From Candidatus Poribacteria bacterium (GTDB lineage: Bacteria > Poribacteria > WGA-4E > WGA-3G), in contig OZ251518.1 of assembly GCA_965242965.1 (NCBI GenBank), positions 224,001 to 288,000 of the forward strand: a DNA stretch of 64,000 bases, given 5' to 3'. Under the pieces are notes generated by a model. The model made no database searches. It saw only the letters and a program-made list of their open reading frames with translations, and was not told the origin of the DNA. Every line of letters starts with the position of its first letter. The first letter of the stretch is position 1. Positions 57,173 through 64,000 of this stretch are shown in pieces. The translations under genes were made by a program, and so were the position numbers.

Positions 57173-60100
57173 ATGCGACACATCAAACCCATCGTTTGGC
57201 TCATCTTTATCCTCTCCGGCGCGAGCGGCCTCATCTATGAAGTGATATGGATGCGGCAACTGACGCTCATCTTCGGAAGCACGGTCTTCGCCACGACTAC
57301 GGTGCTAACTGCTTTTATGGCCGGACTAGCACTGGGCAGTTTCTATTTCGGCCGGCAGATCGACCGGAGTGCGCAGTCGCCGTTGCGAATCTACGCGCTT
57401 TTGGAGGCAGGCATCGGTGTCTTCTGCCTCGTGTGGCCGCTCATTTTAGCAGCACTGGGCGCGCTCTATGTGCTCATCCACCGTAACATCACCTCCGAAT
57501 TCTACACGCTTTCGCTCATCCGATTCGTGTTGACGTTCGGGGTGTTGCTGATTCCGTCAACGTTGATGGGCGGCACGTTGCCGGTGCTGACGCGCTTTTT
57601 TGTGCAACGTTTGGAACAACTCGGTGTCAACGTCGGGATTCTGTACGCGTTGAATACGTTCGGCGCGGTTATCGGGTGTGTCGCTACCGGCTTTTTCCTG
57701 ATTGAGCGGATGGGCATCCAACAGGCACTTTTCGTTGGGGTAGCGATTAACTTCGGCGTGGCAGGCGTAGCGGTGTTGCTAACGCGGGCGAGCGGACAAA
57801 GCGAAACTGAGTCAACGCGCTTGGAAAGCGCGCCTGCCGGTAATCTTAAACGCGGTCGCGAGAACGTAGATATCGGCGGTACGGAGAGAGACATCGTTCA
57901 CTCAGAAACCTTTATCGAACGCCTTGCGAATGACAAAAAATTGGTTTTGTGGGCAATCGGCGTTTCTGGGTTCTGCGCGCTCGCTTATGAAGTCCTCTGG
58001 ACGCGCATCCTTGTCTTCTTCCTCGGTAGCACGACGTATGCGTTTGCGACGATGCTGGCGGCGTTCCTGTTCGGCATTGCCCTGGGGAGTTTGCTGTTTG
58101 CGAGGTGGGTAGACAAACTTTCATCGCGCGCGATGGGTATTTTCGGCATCATCCAACTGGGCATCGGGTTCTTCGCGCTACTTCTGATGCCCGCGTTTGA
58201 GGAACTTTACGGGATGAGCCGCGCGTTCCAGTCCACCTTCGGCGGCGGCAGGTTTTGGGCATTCTTTTCCTGCTTCCTCGTGATGAGCGTGCCGACGTTT
58301 TTGATGGGTGCTAGTTTTCCTCTCGTGACGAAGATTTACACGGGCAACGCGAATCAACTCGGCAGGAGCATCGGGAACGTTTACGCAGTGAACACCGTGG
58401 GGAGCATCCTCGGTTCGTTTTGCGCGGGGTTTATCTTCATTCCGCTTTTGGGAATTCGCCCGAGCATCGTTTTGATGGTGGCATTGAACACCGGCATCGG
58501 ATGTTTGCTTCTCTTCTCAGCAGGCGCGGTTTTTCATCGCGCAACTGGAAAGGCGTTCCTACAAGGTGTCGGCATTGCGATGCCGATTCTGAACGTCGGG
58601 TTGGCGGTTATTCTGCTACTTACGGTAAACCAGCCGCTCTTCCTGAAGAGCGCGATTTTCAAAACGCAACGCCCCGGCGATACCCTCGTTGATTACAACG
58701 AAGAGGTAGACGCAACTGTCACTACACTGAAGGACGACGAAGGTGTCTATCGGCTCTATGTGGATACTAACCAAGCCGCTGATGCGTCGCGATGGGATTC
58801 GCCTTCGCATCGGGTGATTGCGCATTTGCCGTTGCTGTTGCATCCGCGTCCGAAACGCGCGCTCGTCGTTGGGTTTGGGATGGGGCTCACTTCGCATTCC
58901 ATCACGCAGCACGGGGTGCGCGTTGACGCTGTGGAATTGTCTAGCGGCGTAATCGCTGCGGCGCAAAAGCATTTCACGCATGTCAACGGGAATGTGTTTG
59001 ACAATCCGCTGTTCAATTATCGGCTCAACGATGGCAGAAATCACATCCTGATGACAGAGACGAAATATGATATGATTTCTACGGGCATCATTCATCCGCT
59101 TGTTAGCGCGGGGAGCTCTAATATCTACACGGCGGATTTTTATCGCTTGTGTAAACGGATTTTGACGGAGGATGGAATTATGTGTCAGTGGGTGCCGTTG
59201 CATCGGCTGCCGGAGGCGCACTACAAGATGATTGTGCGCACGTTCATTGAGGTGTTTCCGCACACGACGCTGTGGTATAAATACACTCCCGATTTCGTCA
59301 TCCTCATTGGCACGCAGGAGCCGTTGACAATTGACTACAAAAACTTCATTGAACGCGCGCGGATAGCAAGCATCAGCGAAGGGCTCGCCGCCGATGATCT
59401 GGACGGTATGTCGTTATTGGATTCGTTTATGATGGGCCCGGCGGCGGTTCGCGAGTATGCCGGCGAAGGGCCTATCCACACCGACAATCGTCCGCGCTTG
59501 GAATTCTTTAAAGGCGAGGCACTCGTCAATACGACAGCGCAAAACATCACGGGGATGGCGAAGTATCGGGAACGGGTTACGCCGTATCTTGCCAATTACG
59601 GCGCGACGTTGGATTCGCAAAAGCAGACGCGCCAGAAAATTGATACCTACTTTAACGCCACACAGAAGCTCATCCAAGGACAAATCGCCTACGCGAATGC
59701 GCAGTATGATGCCGCAGCGGCACTGATGAGCGAGGCGGTTACCATCAATGCTGTCGATGAGACGATTCGCTACAACTTCGGTGTCGTCTCCGGTCTGATT
59801 CGCGAGGATGAGCAGGAAGAACTCCGTCAAATGGAAGAACAGGTGCAGCGTATCCTTGCACAGAATCCAGACGATGTTCAGGGGCATCTCTATCTCGCCA
59901 CGCTTTATGAAATGCGCGGCGAACTTGCGAAAGCGGCGAGCGAATTGGAGGTAGTGCTCCAACGCGAACCGAATCGGGTTGATGTCTATTTGCTCCTCGG
60001 GCCGCTTTATGAGCGTCAGGAACGCTACGCCGATGCACTCCGCACCTATCAACGTTTAGAACAACAGGAGCCGCAACTGCCTGCACCGATTTTCGCGGCG

Positions 60101-60367
60101 ATGGCACAACTCCAAATGCTCCTCGAAAATCTGGAGGAGGCAGAACGTTACGGACAGAAGGGAATTGCTGTCGATGCAAATTCGTGGCGTTCGCACTACA
60201 TCCTCGCGAATGTGTATGGTAAGATGGCTCAACCGCAAAAGCAGCGACACTATTACGAAAACGCTTTGGCGGCGATTGACGCGGCACTCCGTTTGGAGCC
60301 CGATAACTCCGAGTTATCGCTCGCGAGAGAACATATTGAAAAAGAATTTAATCAGACCGAAAAATAA
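57173..60367 (+). CDS. Fused MFS-like/spermidine synthase protein with C-terminal TPRs
   Basis: SGASGLIYEV.W.R and SGFCALAYEV.W.R repeats, ALVVGFGMG, DGR, QWVP and HTDNRPRLEF motifs, TPR tail. Confidence 0.88.
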   Translation: MRHIKPIVWLIFILSGASGLIYEVIWMRQLTLIFGSTVFATTTVLTAFMAGLALGSFYFGRQIDRSAQSPLRIYALLEAGIGVFCLVWPLILAALGALYVLIHRNITSEFYTLSLIRFVLTFGVLLIPSTLMGGTLPVLTRFFVQRLEQLGVNVGILYALNTFGAVIGCVATGFFLIERMGIQQALFVGVAINFGVAGVAVLLTRASGQSETESTRLESAPAGNLKRGRENVDIGGTERDIVHSETFIERLANDKKLVLWAIGVSGFCALAYEVLWTRILVFFLGSTTYAFATMLAAFLFGIALGSLLFARWVDKLSSRAMGIFGIIQLGIGFFALLLMPAFEELYGMSRAFQSTFGGGRFWAFFSCFLVMSVPTFLMGASFPLVTKIYTGNANQLGRSIGNVYAVNTVGSILGSFCAGFIFIPLLGIRPSIVLMVALNTGIGCLLLFSAGAVFHRATGKAFLQGVGIAMPILNVGLAVILLLTVNQPLFLKSAIFKTQRPGDTLVDYNEEVDATVTTLKDDEGVYRLYVDTNQAADASRWDSPSHRVIAHLPLLLHPRPKRALVVGFGMGLTSHSITQHGVRVDAVELSSGVIAAAQKHFTHVNGNVFDNPLFNYRLNDGRNHILMTETKYDMISTGIIHPLVSAGSSNIYTADFYRLCKRILTEDGIMCQWVPLHRLPEAHYKMIVRTFIEVFPHTTLWYKYTPDFVILIGTQEPLTIDYKNFIERARIASISEGLAADDLDGMSLLDSFMMGPAAVREYAGEGPIHTDNRPRLEFFKGEALVNTTAQNITGMAKYRERVTPYLANYGATLDSQKQTRQKIDTYFNATQKLIQGQIAYANAQYDAAAALMSEAVTINAVDETIRYNFGVVSGLIREDEQEELRQMEEQVQRILAQNPDDVQGHLYLATLYEMRGELAKAASELEVVLQREPNRVDVYLLLGPLYERQERYADALRTYQRLEQQEPQLPAPIFAAMAQLQMLLENLEEAERYGQKGIAVDANSWRSHYILANVYGKMAQPQKQRHYYENALAAIDAALRLEPDNSELSLAREHIEKEFNQTEK

Positions 60368-60531
60368 GCACAATAAGCGCGATTTCCACATCGCAACGTA
60401 TCTCGTAGTATCAGGCGGATGTCAAAATGTCCGCAAAATTTTAACTAATACCTGAGGGTGTTTCCCGACTTGCAAGTTCAGGGAACGCTCTCTTCACAAA
60501 CAGAGTTGAACAACCGCTAGGAATAACAAAA

Positions 60532-62697
60532 ATGTCTCAAGAAGCTTATAGCAAGCTTTCCCCTAATCTTGGAAATCTTGGAAATCCTGCTCTAAAACGC
60601 ACCCACTATTGTGGTGCACTCCGCTTAACCGATGCCGGTGCAAGCGCGCAACTCAACGGCTGGGTGCAACGCCGCCGCGACCACGGTGGTGTCATCTTCG
60701 TTGATTTACGCGACAGAACCGGCATCACCCAAGTCGTCTTCGACCCGCAGATTGACGCGGCGGCGCACGAACGCGCGAGTGCTGTCCGCAGCGAATTTGT
60801 GCTAAACGTCAGCGGCACCGTCCGCGAACGCGAGCCCGGCGAACACCTCTTTCAATTAGAAGAGGCGAGGTATGAGTCAACGAGTCTTCTGACCTGGTCC
60901 GTCCGCTCTTCCGATGGGGAAGTGTTTTTCCACTCGGACACAAGGGAAGCAGAGGATGTGACACTGTCCTCGGCATTCCGTGCCAGATTCGCCGAGGTGG
61001 ACAAGAAATACACCCTCTCCGATGAACTGAAGTTCGCGGTGCGAGAGCCCGGCACGCGGTGGCTGCTCACCGATGTGGAAAATAACCGCACCTATGAAAT
61101 CCATCTCGCAGAAGCGCGGGAGAAAGGACGCGTCTTAAACGTCTACCAAGGCACCGTTAATCCGGAACTTGCCACAGGCGAGATAGAGCTCGCCGTGGAT
61201 TCCCTGAACATTTTGAACACGGCGAAAACGCCGCCGTTCCCCGTGGAAGACGATGTCGAGGTAGCGGAAGACATTCGGATGCAGTATCGGTTCATCGATT
61301 TGCGCCGGCCGACGATGCAGCAGACGCTCGCGATGCGCCACAAAGCCGCACTCGCCGCGCGCAACTATATGAACGAGAACGGCTTCTTGGAAATCGAGAC
61401 ACCCATCTTGATGAACAGCACGCCGGAGGGCGCGCGCGATGTCCTCGTGCCGAGTCGGCACTACCCCGGCAGATTCTACGCGCTCCCGCAGTCACCGCAG
61501 CAGTTCAAACAGATTCTGATGATGTCCGGCGTAGATAGGTATTTTCAAATCGCACGCTGTTTCCGCGATGAAGATACCCGGGCAGACCGGCAGTTGGAAT
61601 TCACGCAGCTTGACATTGAGATGTCCTTCGCCGGTGTCGATGATGTGCTGGAAGTCACAGAAGGGTTGATGAAGCGGATATTTGAGGAGGCAGGTGGCAT
61701 TCCTGTTGAAACGCCGTTTCAGCGGTTGTCTTACCATGAATCGATGGCGCGTTTCGGCAATGACAAGCCGGATACGCGGTTTGGCATGGAGCTGACCGAC
61801 CTCGGGGACATCATGGCTTCCTCCGATTTTCAGGTGTTCACGCGCGCGCTAGAAAGCGGCGGACAGGTGAAAGCCATCGCTGTCCCAGGCGGTGCAGACT
61901 TTTCGCGGAAGGACATCGATGATCTGACGAAGTTTGTCGGTATCTACCGTGCAAAAGGACTCGCATGGGTGAAAATCAATCCTGAAAATTCTGCAGATTC
62001 TGCTCAATTTTCATCTGGCATCGTCAAGTTCTTCAAACCGGGACAGTTGGAGACAGCGCAGGAGCGGACAGGCGCGCAACCGGGTGACATCATGTTCTTC
62101 GTCGCAGACCGGGCGAATGTTGTCGCCGATGCCCTTGGCAACCTTCGAACGCATCTCGCACGCAAGCTGAACCTGATTGACGAGAACCGCCACAACTTCC
62201 TCTGGATTGTTGACTATCCGCTTTTTGAGTGGAACGCCGAACAGCATCGGTATGAGCCGTTCCATCATCTTTTCACCGGCGCGACAGATGAGACAGTCGG
62301 TTTACTTGACACCGACCCGAGGAAAGTGCAGAGTCAACACTATGATCTGGTTTGCAACGGCTATGAAATCTGTAGCGGTAGCGTCAGAATCCACGAGTGG
62401 GATGTCCAACAGAAAGTTTTTGACGTTCTGCAGATTAGTCCGGAGGATGTCAAAAGTCGGTTCGGGTATTTCATCGATGCGTTGGCATACGGCACGCCGC
62501 CGCACGCGGGCATCGCTCCCGGCTTGGACCGGATTGTGATGCTGATGCGCAACGAGGATAACATCCGGGAAGTCATTGCGTTTCCGAAATCACAGCAGGG
62601 GCTTTGCCCTTTGACGCAAGCACCCTCTGTCGTGACAGAGGAACAGTTGGCAGAATTGTCTATCCGTGTGGATGCTCCGTTAGGCGCGGATGCCTAA
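60532..62697 (+). CDS. aspS: Aspartate--tRNA ligase (likely non-discriminating Asp/Asn type) with ~100-aa insertion
   Basis: KRTHYCG, RRDHGG, ALPQSPQ.FKQ, CFRDED.RADRQ.EF, GAD domain and GLDR. Confidence 0.96.
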   Translation: MSQEAYSKLSPNLGNLGNPALKRTHYCGALRLTDAGASAQLNGWVQRRRDHGGVIFVDLRDRTGITQVVFDPQIDAAAHERASAVRSEFVLNVSGTVREREPGEHLFQLEEARYESTSLLTWSVRSSDGEVFFHSDTREAEDVTLSSAFRARFAEVDKKYTLSDELKFAVREPGTRWLLTDVENNRTYEIHLAEAREKGRVLNVYQGTVNPELATGEIELAVDSLNILNTAKTPPFPVEDDVEVAEDIRMQYRFIDLRRPTMQQTLAMRHKAALAARNYMNENGFLEIETPILMNSTPEGARDVLVPSRHYPGRFYALPQSPQQFKQILMMSGVDRYFQIARCFRDEDTRADRQLEFTQLDIEMSFAGVDDVLEVTEGLMKRIFEEAGGIPVETPFQRLSYHESMARFGNDKPDTRFGMELTDLGDIMASSDFQVFTRALESGGQVKAIAVPGGADFSRKDIDDLTKFVGIYRAKGLAWVKINPENSADSAQFSSGIVKFFKPGQLETAQERTGAQPGDIMFFVADRANVVADALGNLRTHLARKLNLIDENRHNFLWIVDYPLFEWNAEQHRYEPFHHLFTGATDETVGLLDTDPRKVQSQHYDLVCNGYEICSGSVRIHEWDVQQKVFDVLQISPEDVKSRFGYFIDALAYGTPPHAGIAPGLDRIVMLMRNEDNIREVIAFPKSQQGLCPLTQAPSVVTEEQLAELSIRVDAPLGADA

Positions 62698-62742
62698 GCG
62701 GAGCGACGAACCCAAACAAGTGAAGAAGAAAAGGAGCAATTC

Positions 62743-64000
62743 ATGAGTGAAAACAAAAACAGCAGTCTCAATCTGCTATTCGGCATTGTCATCGCTATTG
62801 TCGCCGGCGCGCTTATCGGTGGCATTTTTCCCGATTTCGCGGGGCATACCTCTATTCTCGGCGAAATCTTTTTGAATCTGCTGAAGATGATCGTGATTCC
62901 GCTTGTCATGCTCTCCATGATAGTCGGCATCACGAACCTCGGCGATATTCGCCACCTTGGTTCCATTGGCGGCAGGACCGTGCTTTACTACACGGCGACG
63001 ACAGGACTCGCTGTCCTCGTCGGCATCATCCTCGTCAACGTGGTCCTCCCGGGAAAAGGGCTCTCCAAAGGTGAAGAACTCCCTAACTTGCGCTATACCC
63101 TCAGCGGTGAGGAGATGCGGAACGTCGCATTAGATGGGAGATTCGAGAAAACCTATAACGACAAATATGTCATTACCCTGAAGGACCAGAATGTGAAAGG
63201 TGAGGTGGCATCTATCTCGGATACGGCGGTTACGGTAAAATCGTGGACGCTGCTGGACGAAGGCGTTACCTACGTGCCAACTACCACCGAGGAACGCTTG
63301 CTGTTCGTTGATGGCAAACTTGACAAACTGACACTCAACGCCACGGGACAAGGCATCGAAGTCTCTCTCCCGATTGCAGGAACTGTGGCCAAAAAGGACA
63401 AAAGCGTTGGCCAAACGCTCAAGGAGGTTGTCCTCGGCAACCATGAAACCGGCAAGGAGGGTATGATTCCGGAGAACGTCTTCAAGGCGATGGCGAACAT
63501 GGATATCCTGCCGCTCATCTTTTTCTCGCTGCTTATCGGTGCGGCGATATCCGTGCTAGGTGAACGTGGCAAACCCGTTGTCGCCGTGATTTCGGGGCTC
63601 AACGATGCCGTGATGCAACTCGTTCACTGGATTATGTATATCGCGCCGATCGGCATTTTCGGCTTAATTGCTGGCCGCATTGGGGAAGCGAAAGGGTTCG
63701 CCGGTTTCTGGCCCGAGCTCGTCGCGGTAGGCAAATACAGTTTCACGGTGGTATTAGGGCTTGGGGTTCACGGTGCTGTAGTGTTACCGCTCCTGCTCCT
63801 GCTGCTGGGCCGCCGGAACCCGCTGAGCTATGTGAAAGGCATGGCAACCGCCTTGCTCAATGCGTTTTCCACAGCAAGTTCCAGTGCTACCCTGCCGATT
63901 ACGATGGACCAGGTTGAAAAGAATAATGGGATTTCAAGCCGCACCTCTAGTTTTGTCATTCCACTCGGCGCGACGATTAACATGGATGGCACGGCGCTTT
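62743..64000 (+). CDS. Dicarboxylate/amino acid:cation symporter (DAACS family), 3' end beyond window
   Basis: Manual translation gives FLNLLKMIVIPL, APIGIFGLIA, AFSTASSSATLP and LGATINMDGTA. AAGGAG RBS. Confidence 0.92.
   Translation, partial: MSENKNSSLNLLFGIVIAIVAGALIGGIFPDFAGHTSILGEIFLNLLKMIVIPLVMLSMIVGITNLGDIRHLGSIGGRTVLYYTATTGLAVLVGIILVNVVLPGKGLSKGEELPNLRYTLSGEEMRNVALDGRFEKTYNDKYVITLKDQNVKGEVASISDTAVTVKSWTLLDEGVTYVPTTTEERLLFVDGKLDKLTLNATGQGIEVSLPIAGTVAKKDKSVGQTLKEVVLGNHETGKEGMIPENVFKAMANMDILPLIFFSLLIGAAISVLGERGKPVVAVISGLNDAVMQLVHWIMYIAPIGIFGLIAGRIGEAKGFAGFWPELVAVGKYSFTVVLGLGVHGAVVLPLLLLLLGRRNPLSYVKGMATALLNAFSTASSSATLPITMDQVEKNNGISSRTSSFVIPLGATINMDGTAL

Noticed and set aside
60368-60531. 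T-box riboswitch upstream of aspS
   Set aside because: The leader is too short, with no recognisable T-box (TGGNACC) antiterminator.
60841-61149. Intein or intron in aspS
   Set aside because: The frame is open, but there are no intein splice-junction residues and no recognisable group I/II intron features.

Overview
Bacterial genomic window, most likely Candidatus Poribacteria (sponge symbiont). This is inferred from a WD40+cohesin+dockerin+'PNYPNPFNPETW' protein, two secreted proteins with the 'VEPxxKxxTTWxxxK' tail, a PhyH dioxygenase and uronate/fuconate catabolism genes. Housekeeping genes (gap, tpiA, secG, aspS, trmJ-like, dacB, thiolase, pgl-like, pduO-type, uxaC, Tat-exported SOD) are mixed with many defence-type loci: a HEPN-DUF499 ATPase plus DUF1156 methylase pair, an orphan PD-(D/E)xK/wHTH nuclease, a TPR-TPR-nuclease-patatin operon followed by three tandem, centrally diversified DUF4268 nuclease-like paralogs, an orphan type III Mod methylase frameshifted at a G7 tract, and a GmrSD-like (DUF262/DUF1524) gene. 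The most striking non-coding feature is a repeat system filling most intergenic gaps (roughly 7 kb by manual tally). At least seven co-varying families of GTAG-footed REP-like hairpins are assembled in mosaic cassettes. These are often bracketed by a 16-bp terminal inverted repeat (TGAGGGTGTTTCATAA), duplicate flanking host DNA, enter coding sequences in frame, and in one case bracket a whole WD40 gene. No transposase/RAYT, rRNA, tRNA or CRISPR array was seen. All calls come from reading motifs by eye; no database searches were run.
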